From contig NIVC01003195.1 of the NCBI GenBank assembly GCA_002269645.1, forward strand, positions 1-64,000: a stretch of 64,000 nucleotides of DNA. Direction: 5' to 3'. Shown here in pieces: positions 25,146 through 38,045 of the stretch (positions are counted from its first letter, which is position 1; every line of letters starts with the position of its first letter). This DNA comes from Macrostomum lignano (Eukaryota). Under the pieces are notes generated by a model, which saw nothing but the letters and a program-made list of their open reading frames with translations, made no database searches and was not told the DNA's origin. The position numbers and the translations under genes were made by a program.

Positions 25146-25196
<51 letters not shown>

Positions 25197-25244
25197 AACC
25201 AACAATCAATCAATCCACCAATCAATCAATCGATCAATCAATGA

Positions 25245-25333
<89 letters not shown>

Positions 25334-25382
25334 CCAATCAATCCACCAACCAACCAATCAACCAACCAATCAATCAATCAAC
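25058..25382. repeat. Compound (ATCA)n/(ATCT)n microsatellite
   Basis: Direct reading. Confidence 0.97.
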
Positions 25383-25490
25383 CGTATTTGAGTTTTTTCG
25401 AACAGAAAAATCATTCTTAAAGTTTTTACAGCTCCAGCTCAAACAGTGGCACCCAGCCATGCAGCTTCCCCAGAGTCCCCAAACCGATCT

Positions 25491-25967
25491 TCAGCTGTCG
25501 CACTCGGAGCAGTTGAAAATCTTCATGCTTGCGGCCAGTTGGTTGAACTCCTCGAAACTGATCACCCCGTCGTGGTCCGTGTCCGCGGCGCTCATCATCT
25601 CGTCCAGCTCGGGGTCGGACATGCCCTCCTTCAGGATTTCGTTCATGACGAACTTCAGCTCGGACTTGGAGATCACCCCGTCCTGGTTCTGGTCCAGCAG
25701 GTCGAAGATTCGCTGCTTCTCCGACTGCGGCCGGTGGCCGCCCTTCTCCACGAAGGCGTTCATCATGGTGACGAACTCCTGGAACTCCAGCGTACCGTTC
25801 GAGTTCTTGTCGAATTCGCGGATGAGGGCCTCAGCCTCCGGACGGGTGATGGTCTGGCCAGCTGCCCGCATCAGGCTGACGAGCTCCTTGACCTCGATGG
25901 CGCCGTTACCGTTGGTGTCCGACTTGTCGAACACCTCGCGCAGGATGTCGGCATCGTGGTCGCACAT
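25491..25967 (-). CDS. Calmodulin-like protein, four EF hands, intronless (158 aa)
   Basis: Canonical 12-residue loops DTNGNGAIEVKE, DKNSNGTLEFQE, DQNQDGVISKSE, DTDHDGVISFEE; GC3-rich codons. Confidence 0.95.
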   Translation of the reverse strand: MCDHDADILREVFDKSDTNGNGAIEVKELVSLMRAAGQTITRPEAEALIREFDKNSNGTLEFQEFVTMMNAFVEKGGHRPQSEKQRIFDLLDQNQDGVISKSELKFVMNEILKEGMSDPELDEMMSAADTDHDGVISFEEFNQLAASMKIFNCSECDS

Positions 25968-26024
25968 TGTTTAGTTTGCTTCTGTCTTGCACAGGCCGGG
26001 TCTCCCGTGCTCAGCCTTCGCTCA

Positions 26025-26080
26025 GCTCTCTATACAGCCAGCCTTCGTCGCTGCCTGATTGGAGCTCGCCTGTCATTGGC
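26025..26080 (-). promoter_or_regulatory. Candidate promoter of the minus-strand calmodulin-like gene
   Basis: Two CCAAT boxes (plus-strand ATTGG at 26058 and 26075) and a weak TATA-like TGTATAG 60-70 nt upstream of the ATG; motif match only. Confidence 0.3.
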
Positions 26081-26206
26081 CCACTGGCTCTTGGTTAAGT
26101 TTCTCAGTTGGTTAGTGGCAGCAGCGAGACGGATCAGGCCGCACACGCAGTAACTGGGGTGCTCTGCTTCAAAAAATTTATAGTATCTTAAAGCAGACTG
26201 TTAAAA

Positions 26207-26556
26207 CTTCTGGGGGAGGAGGTTCTGGGGGGAGGGGGTTCTGGGGGGAGGGGATTCTGGTGGCGGGGTTTCTGGGAGAAGGGGGTTCTGGGAGAAGGGG
26301 CTCTGGGGGAAGAGGGTTCTGGGGGAGGGAGTTCTGGGGGGAGGGGGTTCTGGGAGAGGGGGTTCTGGGGAGGGGGTTCAGGGGAAGAGGGTTCTGGGGA
26401 GGAGGTTCTGGGGAGGGGGTTCTGGGGAAGAGGGTTCTGGGGGAGGGAGTTCTGGGGGGAGGGGGTTCTGGGAGAGGGGTTCTGGGGGAGGGGTTCAGGG
26501 GGAAGAGGGTTCTGGGGGAGGAGGTTCTGGGGGGGGGTTCTGGGGGAGGGGGTTCC
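26207..26556. repeat. G-rich minisatellite, ~15-17-bp unit (GGTTCTGGGGGGAGG)
   Basis: About 22 copies with G4-G7 runs. Confidence 0.9.
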
Positions 26557-27379
26557 AGAGAAATGATTCTCAAAGGCGGAATTTCTATCCTATGGGGTGT
26601 ATCCACAGGGTCCAACCGTGATTGAGAGGCTTTTGGCCATAGACACACTTTCAGCGGGTGGGCCGCCATCTGTGATGGAAACGACTCGCTTGACTAACCA
26701 GCTATGCACACTCAGTTTCCTTGCAAGCGCAAATATTTTTAACGAAAATCTCTTCACAGACACCCGAATAGAATTACCCTCGGGCTCGTAATTGGAATAG
26801 CCGAATTTTCATTAGATCAAAAGGAACTCGTAAAAATTGTCATTGTAAATTGTAATTTTTTAAGAAACTACTCAGACTTACTACTCGCAGCTAATAGAAA
26901 GGGTATTAAGCTGTTATTTATTTAAACAGGAATTTTATTAACTATACCGAAGCCAGCACTATCAGTTGCTCTGATTCTGCTTTTTAATATTGGCACGAAA
27001 TGCGCGCAAAAAATGAGCTGAGAACTTGAACGCTTCCTACTCAAACAACTGCAGGTTCTTTCTAAGTCTGAAACAATCTATACTTTGCTTTCCTCTTCAT
27101 CTGCTGATTGAATTGGCTGGGGCAAGTGGCATTGACTGATCGTGATCTGGCATATCCAGACCAGTATCCAAGGAGCAGCTTGGGTTGGCTCTCGAGGCAG
27201 CCAGTGGATATGGACTCTACTATTGGCATTTCAGGGCTTAACTTGTAGCAGAAAGTTGAAGCGAAATATTAAAAACAGTTGAGGTCATAAGCAAGGATTG
27301 AAGAGTGGGGAAAAAGTAAGGGTGTGAGATAATGAAAAATAATGATGTGAGGGAGCCAGACGGACAGGAGAGATAGTGA

Positions 27380-29660
27380 GTTAGACATGAGAGAGAGAGA
27401 GTGAGGCAGTGAGGAGAGAGTAGAGAGAGTGAGGCAGACAGGAGAGAGAGTGAGGCAGAGAGGAGAGATAGTGAGACAGACATGAGAGAGAGGGAGACAG
27501 ACATGAGAGAGAGGGAGACAGACATGAGAGAGAGGGAGACAGACATGAGAGAGAGGGAGACAGACATGAGAGAGAGAGTGAGGCAGACAGGAGAGAGAGT
27601 GAGGCAGAGAGGAGAGAGAGTGAGAGAGACATGAGAGAGAGAGTGAGACACAGAGGAGAGAGTGAGACAGACAGAAGAGAGAGTGAGGCAGAGACGAGGG
27701 AGAGTGAGTTAGACATGAGAGAGAGAGAGAGAGTGAGACAGACAGGAGAGAGAGAGAGGGAGACAGACATGAGAGAGAGGGAGACAGACATGAGAGAGAG
27801 AGTGAGGCAGACAGGAGAGAGAGTGAGGCAGAGAGGAGAGAGAGTGAGACAGACATGAGAGAGAGAGTGAGACAGAGAGGAGAGAGTGAGAAGGACAGAA
27901 GAGAGAGTGAGGCAGAGAGTAGGGAGAGTGAGACAGACAGGAGAGAGAGTGAGGCAGAGAGGAGAGACAGTGAGTTAGACATGAGAGAGAGAGAGAGAGA
28001 GAGACAGACAGGAGAGAGAGAGAGAGAGAGAGAGAGAGTGAGGCAGACAGAAGAGAGAGTGAGGCAGACAGGAGAGAGAGAGTGAGGCAGAGAGGAGAGA
28101 GAGAGAGGCAGACAGGAGAGAGAGAGTGAGGCAGAGAGGAGAGAGAGAGTGAGGCAGAGAGGAGAGAGAGAGAGGCAGAGAGGAGAGAGAGAGAGAGGCA
28201 GAGAGGAGAGAGAGAGAGGCAGAGAGGAGAGAGAGAGTGAGGCAGAGAGGAGAGAGAGAGAGTGAGGAGAGAGGAGAGAGAGTGAGTTAGACATGAGAGA
28301 GAGAGAGTGAGACAGACATGAGAGAGAGAGTGAGACAGACAGAAGAGAGAGTGAGGCAGAGAGGAGAGAGAGTGAGGCAGACAGGAGAGAGAGTGAGGCA
28401 GAGAGGAGAGAGAGTGAGTTAGACATGAGAGAGAGAGAGTGAGGCAGAAAGGAGAGAGAGAGAGTGAGGAGAGAGTGAGGCAGAAAGGAGAGAGAGAGAG
28501 AGAGAGTGAGGAGAGAGTGAGACAGACATGAGAGAGAGTGAGACAGACATGAGAGAGAGGGAGACAGACATGAGAGAGAGTGAGACAGACATGAGAGAGA
28601 GGGAGACAGACATGAGAGAGAGTGAGACAGACATGAGAGAGAGTGAGACAGACATGAGAGAGAGGGAGACAGACATGAGAGAGAGTGAGACAGACATGAG
28701 AGAGAGTGAGACAGACATGAGAGAGAGGGAGACAGACGTGAGAGAGAGGGAGACAGACATGAGAGAGAGGGAGACAGACATGAGAGAGAGTGAGGCAGAG
28801 AGGAGAGAGTGAGACAGACATAAGAGAGAGTGAGGCAGAGAGGAGAGAGTGAGACAGACATGAGAGAGAGTGAGGCAGAGAGGAGAGAGTGAGACAGACA
28901 TGAGAGAGAGTGAGGCAGAGAGGAGAGAGAGTGAGTTAGACATGAGAGAGAGAGAGAGTGAGACAGAGAGGAGAGAGTGAGACAGACAGGAGAGAGAGAG
29001 ACAGACAGGAGAGAGAGTGAGGCAGGCAGAGAGGAGAGAGAGTGAGACAGACATGAGAGAGTGAGACAGACATCAGAGAGAGTGAGACAGACATCAGAGA
29101 GAGTGAGACAGACATCAGAGAGAGTGAGACAGACAGGAGAGAGAGTGAGACAGACATGAGAGAGAGAGAGAGAGTGGGTTAGGCATGAGAGAGAGAGGGA
29201 GCATGAGAGAGAGGGAGGCAGACATGAGAGACAGGGAGACAGACATGAGAGAGAGAGAGTGGGTTAGGCATGAGAGAGAGTGAGAAAGACATGAGAGAGA
29301 GAGAGAGTGGGTTAGGCATGAGAGAGAGAGGGAGACAGACATGAGAGAGAGGGAGGCAGACATGAGAGACAGGGAGACAGACATGAGATAGAGAGAGTGG
29401 GTTAGGCATGAGAGAGAGAGTGAGACAGACATGAGAGAGAGAGAGAGTGGGTTAGGCATGAGAGAGAGAGGGAGACAGATATGAGAGAGAGGGAGGCAGA
29501 CATGAGAGAGAGTGAGACAGACATGAGAGAGAGAGAGAGTGGGTTAGGCATGAGAGAGAGAGTGAGACAGACATGAGAGAGAGTGAGACAGACATGAGAG
29601 AGAGAGAGAGTGGGTTAGGCATGAGAGAGAGGGAGACAGACATGAGAGAGAGTGAGGCAG
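27380..29660. repeat. GA-rich compound repeat (GAGAGAGAGTGAGACAGACAT variants)
   Basis: 2.3-kb purine-strand tract with several 20-22-bp subfamilies. Confidence 0.95.
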
Positions 29661-30139
29661 ACTGGACAGTTCCGTGTGAACTGTAAATCATTGTCAATCT
29701 GTCTGTGATGCGAAGGGGAGCAGAAGCCCCAAAACCGAAGACAGCTAGAGGTGCGCCAGCAGGCAGAGGACCACAGCACTGCTAGGTAAATCTTAGAGGA
29801 GCCCCGAGACCACAAGATTTTATGGGCAAATTTTAATCTGCGACTTAAACGTAATCTGCCTATTGCAGAGCTTTTCCACCTCAACACTTCAGAGGGGGCT
29901 GGAGTGTCCCTGCGTGGACAAAATCAATCATCTGAATCGATCTCTATGTTGGGGAGGGGGCAGCAGGGCGGAGCAGCCGCTAAGCGTTCAGCTTTCAGCC
30001 AGGCTTGCCCAGCTGACATTCGCTCGGATCAATGCTTTCACTGCAGAGGTTGTCAAAGCACTTGAGTCAACTTGGAAAAATTTGGCAGAAGCACAATGCC
30101 CAGAAAATCGGAATTGCTCCACACCAAGTCTCTCCCCAT

Positions 30140-31020
30140 CACTCCCTGTCTCTCCCTGTCTCTCCCTGTCTCTCCCTGTCTCTCCCTGTCTCTCCCTGTC
30201 TCTCCCCGTCTCTCCCTGTCTCTCCCTGTCTCTCCCTGTCTCTCCCTGTCTCTCCCTGTCTCTCCCCGTCTCTCCCTGTCTCTCCCTGTCTCTCCCTGTC
30301 TCTGCCTGTCTCTCCCTGTCTCTCCCTGTCTCTCCCTGTCTCTCCCTGTCTCTCTCTGTCTCTCCCTGTCTCTCCCCGTCTCTCCCTGTCTCTCCCTGTC
30401 TCTCCCTGTCTCTCCCTGTCTCTCCCTGTCTCTCCCTGTCTCTCCCTGTCTCTCCCTGTCTCTCCCTGTCTCTCCCTGTCTCTCCCTGTCTCTCCCTGTC
30501 TCTCCCTGTCTCTCCCTGTCTCTCCCTGTCTCTGCCTGTCTCTGCCTGTCTCTGCCTGTCTCTCCCTGTCTCTGCCTGTCTCTCCCTGTCTCTCCCCGTC
30601 TCTCCCTGTCTCTCCCTGTCTCTGCCTGTCTCTCCCTGTCTCTCCCTGTCTCTCCCTGTCTCTGCCTGTCTCTGCCTGTCTCTCCCCGTCTCTCCCCGTC
30701 TCTTCCTGTCTCTCCCTGTCCCTCCCTGTCTCTCCATGTCCCTCCCCTTCTCTTCCTGTCTCTCCCGCCTCTCCCCATCTCTCCCCATCTCTCCTGTCTC
30801 CCCCCATCTCTTCCCATTTCTTTCCCCGTCTCTCCCCGTCTCTCCCCATCTCTTCCGTCTCCCCTGTCTTCCCCCTCTCCTTGTCTCTCAACGTCTGTCA
30901 ACATCTCTCTTCCCCTCTCCTTGCCTCTCCCCGTCTCTCCCCATCCCTCCACATTTCTCCCCGTCTCTTCTCGTCTCTACCCATCTCTTCCCGTTTCTCC
31001 CCGTCTCTCCCCTTCTCTCT
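30140..31020. repeat. 10-bp satellite (CTCCCTGTCT), degenerate after ~30700
   Basis: Same family as 21712-22790. Confidence 0.95.
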
Positions 31021-31574
31021 CCCCACACTAACGCTGTCCCAACAGACCTGAACTCCAGTTAAAAATAAAACTGTCTCTAAGAGCTAAGGAGAAATCTTCG
31101 TTGCAGTAGTTGGGTAGCCAAAAAGGTAAAAAAAAATTCGATCCTACTTTAACCTAGTGCTCAAGTACGGCACCTCCTCTCCTTCCCTACACAGCTACCA
31201 AGAAACTGGAGATGCCGCAGCAGCAGCAGGCGGCGATCTCTCATCTGCTTCGACGGCCCTGATAATTTAGCAGCACGCAAGCAGTAACCCCCCTCTCACC
31301 CCTCCGCCCCTCTTCCACTTCCCTACTTCTGCTCGAATCCTCCCCAGAAGAGGACGGCCTTGTTCAATAAATATTTAATTAGATATAGAAAAATCCCTCA
31401 GCACTGCCTGTAGTAGGGAAGAGGGAAACTCGATCCCCAGTCTCCGGCTGCCTCGCCATCGTTTTGTCAATCTTTGCTCCCCCGGGTCTCCGCCCGACTC
31501 TGCCACAGAATGTGCTGATTTCCCAAATTTAATAAACTTTGGAAAAGTAAAAAAGCTTAAAGTCTGAAGTAGAC

Positions 31575-31932
31575 TGTTGCAATTCAGGCTGTTGCAATTC
31601 AGGCTGTTGCAATTCAGACTGTTGCAATTCAGGCTGTTGCAATTCAGGCTGTTGCAATTCAGGCTGTTGCAATTCAGACTGCTGCGATTCAGGCTGTTGC
31701 AATTCATGCTGTTGCAATTCAGGCTGTTGCAATTCAGGCTGTTGCAATTCAGACTGCTGCGATTCAGGCTGTTGCAATTCAGGCTGTTGCAATTCAGGCT
31801 GTTGCAATTCAGGCTGTTGCAATTCAGACTGTTGCAATTCAGGCTGTTGCAATTCAGGCTGTTGCAATTCAGACTGTTGCAATTCAGACTGTTGCAATTC
31901 AGGCTGTTGCAATTCAGGCTGTTGCAATTCAT
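31575..31932. repeat. 15-bp minisatellite (CTGTTGCAATTCAGG)
   Basis: About 24 copies. Confidence 0.97.
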
Positions 31933-32311
31933 GATTGCAATGAGATTCGCAGCATACAATTTTCAGCGCCAAACTTGAGAGACACGCGATGATTTCCAGC
32001 TTAGAAGATCTCATTTCCCCTCTCAACTCGCTCTGTTGCAATTTGTATCCTTCTAGCACAGGCTGGGCTCGGGTTTCGGCGCGTCGCCATTAGTCGTTAA
32101 AAGCGTTTGAAATTCAGACCCGAGAAAGGTTTTAAAAAGTTAAAGTCTCTCTTTCATGGAAAAGGGAAAAGCAGAAAGCAGTTTTTTCACCCCTGTCTCC
32201 TCTTCAATAGTTTTAAGCTCGCTTCTCTGTGCCCAAACCGAGGTTTAGTAAGATGTACTTCTTCTCCTCTGCTAAATAGTCAGACAACTCATGCGCGACA
32301 ATAAATTCGTT

Positions 32312-32495
32312 CCTGACACCCAGTTTAGCAACTCTGACACCCAGCTAAGCATTCCTGACACCCAATTTAGCAATCCTGACACCTAGTTTAGCATTCCTGA
32401 CACCCAGTTTAGCAATCCTGACACCCAGCTTAGCATTCCCGACACCCAGCTTAGCATTCCTGACACCTAGTTTAGCAACCTGACACCCAATCTGA
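32312..32495. repeat. 21-bp minisatellite (TCCTGACACCCAGTTTAGCAA)
   Basis: About 8 copies. Confidence 0.9.
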
Positions 32496-33564
32496 CAGCT
32501 CTGACACATCAAAGCCCAGTTGACGCCTAGTTTAGGAGCAGAGCTCCCTTCTCCCGTCAGCCATATCGTTGAACCGCAAGGTGAATAATCAATAAGCAGA
32601 TGCTCTATATTAGCTCCGAGTTTCGGACACCAGTCAGAGGCGCCCTACCCCTCCCTCCTTATTAAATAACTAATGGCTTCTCCGGCACAAATATCGACAG
32701 CTGGGAGAGATCTGACTGAGGCGGAGATGCTGATCTGCCCGGGGAGAGCATCGACCCCAAATCGAAAAGGATTTAAAGCTCCTTGCGTGTGTTTCTGTTG
32801 TTTTTGGCCGTTTTTTCTCTCTTTATCTGGCCCCAGATTTCAGCCAGCCCCGCATTGTCAGATCAGACAGGAAGGGATTAGGAGAGCAAGCCCCCCCCCC
32901 AACCGAAGATCAATAATGCTGCCCTCGAGCTGCTCAAACTCAAACTATACAGCAGCGAAAGGAATTCGCCGGGGAGTTAGTCGAGGGGAAATGACTAAAA
33001 AACACAGCAATTCGTCAGGAGTGTGCTCTGGCTAGATTGCCAAAACCATTTTTCTCTTCTTCTTCTTTTTCTTTTTCTTACTTTTCGGCTCTCCTCCACG
33101 CTACACAGGAAATGAATGGGGCAGAAAGCAATCAGCTCCCCAGAGAGCGAGCGAAAGCAGAAATTGGGATTCAACAGGGGGGGAGGCAGGAGGACCGAGC
33201 AAGCAGAGAAGTTTTGAGACCTGGCCAACTTAAGGTGATTGAGAGGAAAACGGCAGGTCCTGAAGCAGAGAAAAATGCAACACTCTCACACACATACACA
33301 AGCAGATATAGTGAGGTCTGTGGGAGGCAGAGAGCTGCATTTAAACAGTGTGTCACACGAAAATCGTTATAGTTAAAGAAAGTCAAAAAGAAACTTTGGT
33401 CTGGGCAGGCAGGAAGGCAGGCAAGCAGCGGAGCAGCTTTCAGCGCGCGGCCGTCAGCCTTCTTTTATGGCTGGGCTGGGAAAAGCTGGATCTCATCTAA
33501 CCGCCCCCCCCTCACTTGTCCCGGTCTTCCGCTTATCTCTCACAGCGGGGAGCCTATAGGCCCA

Positions 33565-33680
33565 CAGCCAATCGCCTGCGAGCCTGCGGAACTGGAGGGT
33601 GGGGTGGGGCGGCTTAGACGGTGGGCAAAAAGGAGGGAACAACTGTCCGAGGCAGTTCCAGTCCGGACTATATACTTCAA
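33565..33680 (+). promoter_or_regulatory. Candidate promoter of the plus-strand calmodulin-like gene
   Basis: CCAAT at 33568 and TATATA at 33669, about 40 nt upstream of the ATG; motif match only. Confidence 0.3.
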
Positions 33681-33712
33681 CACTGCAGCGCTTTGCTCAC
33701 TAATACCAAAGC

Positions 33713-34174
33713 ATGGCCCACAGCACGGAAGTCCTGCGCGAGGTGTTCGACAAGTCGGACACCAACGGCAACGGCGCCATCGAGGTCAAGGAGCTCGTCA
33801 GCCTGATGCGGGCAGCTGGCCAGACCATCACCCGTCCGGAGGCTGAGGCCCTCATCCGCGAATTCGACAAGAACTCGAACGGTACGCTGGAGTTCCAGGA
33901 GTTCGTCACCATGATGAACGCCTTCGTGGAGAAGGGCGGCCACCGGCCGCAGTCGGAGAAGCAGCGAATCTTCGACCTGCTGGACCAGAACCAGGACGGG
34001 GTGATCTCCAAGTCCGAGCTGAAGTTCGTCATGAACGAAATCCTGAAGGAGGGCATGTCCGACCCCGAGCTGGACGAGATGATGCGCGAAGCTGACACGG
34101 ACCACGACGGGGTGATCAACTTCGACGAGTTCAACGCGATGGCCGCCAAGATGAAGATTTTCAACTCCTGCTGA
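33713..34174 (+). CDS. Calmodulin-like protein, four EF hands, intronless (153 aa); paralogue of 25491-25967
   Basis: EF1-EF3 loops identical to the paralogue; EF4 is DTDHDGVINFDE. Confidence 0.95.
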   Translation: MAHSTEVLREVFDKSDTNGNGAIEVKELVSLMRAAGQTITRPEAEALIREFDKNSNGTLEFQEFVTMMNAFVEKGGHRPQSEKQRIFDLLDQNQDGVISKSELKFVMNEILKEGMSDPELDEMMREADTDHDGVINFDEFNAMAAKMKIFNSC

Positions 34175-35874
34175 TGATCGAGAAGTATTTGAATACTACT
34201 GCTGCATACTACTGCTACTGACAGTGTTTATTCCATGCGTTACACAGTCTGAGTACATTCTGTTATAATTATATATACTTGTAGCCCCTTTCTGTTGTGC
34301 AACACTTTTTACTAAACCGTGAATAATATTAATCCTTTCCTTTGTCCAGCGTTTTTACTCCGACAAAAAGTCCACAGACGTACCTACCTGTAATCCACTG
34401 CAATGCTTAGCTAGCTATAGGCCTCCTAATGAGGCTCCATACTGTCCACGCTCCCTCTGCACTCTCATCCTGCATGCACTGAGGTAACGCCTCATAGTTT
34501 ATCATTAGTAGAAATATAAATTTGAATTTAGCTAGGTACAAGTAGTTAAAATGCAAACAACTGGTTCGTACTGGTTGCTAATAGTTCACGCTGCACTTTT
34601 GTCTGAGCCGGCACGGTTTGGCTTGAAAAACAAAAGACTTCAGGAAGGAAGGAAAGGAGGGAGGCAGTGAGGAAGGGAGGCGGAGGGCCAGTTGCGGGGC
34701 AAATGCAGTGGCGGTAGGGACACCTGGTCCAGAATGCAAGATAGCACAGCATATCAGTTTGTACCAGCGGAAGAACCAAATTCATCTCCGGTTGGCAACC
34801 GCTGCTAGCAGGCTGCCCCCGGCTCAAAACCAGCAATTCTCGTTCATAGTAAGCTGCCAGCGACCCCAGGTTTGCCTGCACTTTGGAATTCCCTCCCTCA
34901 TCTCGCTCGAGCTGCTGCTGCTGAAAACGCGACACCATTGGAATCGATTTTTTCTTCTTTCAGAGTCTCCAGGGGGGAGATGGGATGGGAAAGATGGTGG
35001 GAGGGAGAGGGGAGGCTGATAGGTGAGGTCTCCGGCAATTCTTGTATCTCGAGAATGCAATACAGGATGGGTTGGGAATTAGCTTACATGTATATCTGGG
35101 GTAGAGCTTGCCTCATGGAACAAGAGGAACGCCGGGCTGCCTGCCCCGTCTGTCTGATGGGAATTTGAGAACGGCCCCGCGACATCGGGGAGATGGGCAA
35201 ATAAGTTAAGCAGCGGTAACCTATAGCCGCGGACATATACGACTGCAGTGCTGAGCGGTGTCCCCCCTCGCCGCAGAGTTAATCCTATTTAGCTAACGCT
35301 GTTTGATCAGGCAGCTGCGGGGACTCAGTCAGTCTAACAGTGCTTGTAATGCGAGCTTCAAGAGTGGACCGAACGAGCGAGAATAGAGAGTAGGAAGAGC
35401 GCTGACCCGGCTAAGCAGGGTGATTTATTATTACTGGTGCTGTTCAATCAATCTCAACCCGGGCCGTGCAGACTGGCCGGCTATAATATTTGAATTGGCT
35501 TAGGCTGGGAATCCGGCACAGCTATAGCAAACATCATCATCCTGATGGCAATTGTTCTCAGGTGGTTGGGGACGCCTGCTCAATCCTAACCTGTCAATCT
35601 ACCTGCATTTAAAGCATGAATTGAAGTGGTTTGCACCCTAAATTGTGTGCATACATGAGCACAGTAATGACTTGCATGGAATGAGTAAGCTCTGAGGGCA
35701 AATCTATTGACCTTCGTTGTCAGACATTGGTGAATTCATATTGAAAGACAATTATGAACTTTGCTCTTTATTTTAAAAGCGGTAAGATTTGTATGCCCTC
35801 ACGGATCAGCATCAGCGGCTCGTTGCAGCCAGCATCCTGCAGCAGTTGCACGGTTCTCTGCAGAATGGCCTTAT

Positions 35875-36845
35875 GTAGCTGGCGCCCCCTCTGTAGCTGG
35901 GCCCTCTGTAGCTGGCGTCCCTCTGTAGCTGGCGCCCCTCAGTAGCTGGCGCCCCTCTGTAGCTGGCGCCCCTCTGTAGCTGGCGCCCCACTGTAGCTGG
36001 CGCCCCTCTGTAGCTGGCACCGCTCTGTAGCTGGCGCCCCTCTGTAGCTGGCGCCCCCTCTGTAGCTGGCGCCCCTCTGTAGCTGGCGCCCCTCTGTAGC
36101 TGGCGCCCCCTCTGTAGCTGGCGCCCCTCTGTAGCTGGAGCCCCTCTGTAGCTGGAGCCCCTCTGTAGCTGGCGTCCCTCTGTAGCTGGTGCCCCTCTGT
36201 AGCTGGAGCCCCTCTGTAGCTGGTGCCCCTCTGTAGCTGGAGCCCCTCTGTAGCTGGCGCCCCTCTGTAGCTGGCGCCCCTCTGTAGCTGGCGCCCCCTC
36301 TGTAGCTGGCGCCCCTCTGTAGCTGGCGCCCCCTCTGTAGCTGGCGCCCCTCTGTAGCTGGAGCCCCTCTGTAGCTGGAGCCCCTCTGTAGCTGGCGTCC
36401 CTCTGTAGCTGGTGCCCCTCTGTAGCTGGAGCCCCTCTGTAGCTGGAGCCCCTCTGTAGCTGGAGCCCCTCTGTAGCTGGTGCCCCTCTGTAGCTGGAGC
36501 CCCTCTGTAGCTGGTGACCCTCTGTAGCTGGAGCCCCTCTGTAGCTGGCGCCCCTCTGTAGCTGGCGCCCCCTCTGTAGCTGGCGCCCCTCTGTAGCTGG
36601 CGCCCCTCTGTAGCTGGCGCCCCTCTGTAGCTGGCGCCCCTCTGTAGCTGGCGCCCCTCTGTAGCTGGCGCCCCTCTGTAGCTGGCGCCCCTCTGTAGCT
36701 GGAGCCCCTCTGTAGCTGGCGCCCCTCTGTAGCTGGCGCCCCTCTGTAGCTGGCGCCCCTCTGTAGCTGGCGCCCCTCTGTAGCTGGTGCCCCTCTGTAG
36801 CTGGCGCCCCTCTGTAGCTGGCGCCCCCTTTGTAGCTGGAACCCC
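35875..36845. repeat. 17-bp minisatellite (GTAGCTGGCGCCCCTCT)
   Basis: More than 50 copies; abuts the next array. Confidence 0.97.
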
Positions 36846-36851
36846 TCTATG

Positions 36852-38045
36852 ATATTATCTACCTACCGGACTGTCTAATATTATCTACCTACCGGACTGT
36901 CTAATATTATCTACCTACCGGACTGTCTAATATTATCTACGTACCGGACTGTCTAATATTATCTACGTACCGGACTGTCTAATATTATCTACCTACCGGA
37001 CTGTCTAATATTATCTACCTACCGGACTGTCTAATATTATCTACGTACCGGACTGTCTAATATTATCTACCTACCAGACTAATATTATCTACCTACCGGA
37101 CTGTCTAATATTATCTACCTACCGGACTGTCTAATATTATCTACCTACCGGACTGTCTAATATTATCTACCTACCGGACTGTCTAATATTATCTACCTAC
37201 CGGACTGTCTAATATTATCTACCTACCGGACTGTCTAATATTATCTACCTACCGGACTGTCTAATATTATCTACCTACCGGACTGTCTAATATTATCTAC
37301 CTACCGGACTGTCTAATATTATCTACCTACCGGACTGTCTAATATTATCTACGTACCGGACTGTCTAATATTATCTACCTACCAGACTAATATTATCTAC
37401 CTACCGGACTGTCTAATATTATCTACCTACCGGACTGTCTAATATTATCTACCTACCAGACTAATATTATCTACCTACCGGACTGTCTAATATTATCTAC
37501 CTACCAGACTAATATTATCTACCTACCGGACTGTCTAATATTATCTACCTACCAGACTGTCTAATATTATCTACCTACCGGACTGTCTAATATTATCTAC
37601 CTACCAGACTGTCTAATATTATCTACCTACAAGACTGTCTAATATTATCTACCTACCGGACTGTCTAATATTATCTACCTACCAGACTGTCTAATATTAT
37701 CTACCTACCAGACTGTCTAATATTATCTACCTACCGGACTGTCTAATATTATCTACCTACCGGACTGTCTAATATTATCTACCTACCAGACTGTCTAATA
37801 TTATCTACCTACCAGACTAATATTATCTACCTACCGGACTGTCTAATATTATCTACCTACCAGACTAATATTATCTACCTACCAGACTGTCTAATATTAT
37901 CTACCTACAAGACTGTCTAATATTATCTACCTACCGGACTGTCTAATATTATCTACCTACCAGACTGTCTAATATTATCTACCTACCAGACTGTCTAATA
38001 TTATCTACCTACCGGACTGTCTAATATTATCTACCTACCAGACTG
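36852..38045. repeat. 26-bp minisatellite (TATTATCTACCTACCGGACTGTCTAA) with 21-bp deletion variants
   Basis: About 46 copies. Confidence 0.97.

Noticed and set aside
25446-26153. Antisense ORFs over both calmodulin-like genes
   Set aside because: Shadow frames of GC3-rich coding sequence.
29700-30070. Two-exon mini-gene between the calmodulin-like genes
   Set aside because: A plausible ~80-nt GT-AG intron exists, but the joined frame stops quickly and resembles nothing I recognise.
27269-31062. Long Ser/Leu- and Arg/Glu-rich ORFs
   Set aside because: They arise from GA/CT-rich simple repeats and are open in several frames on both strands.
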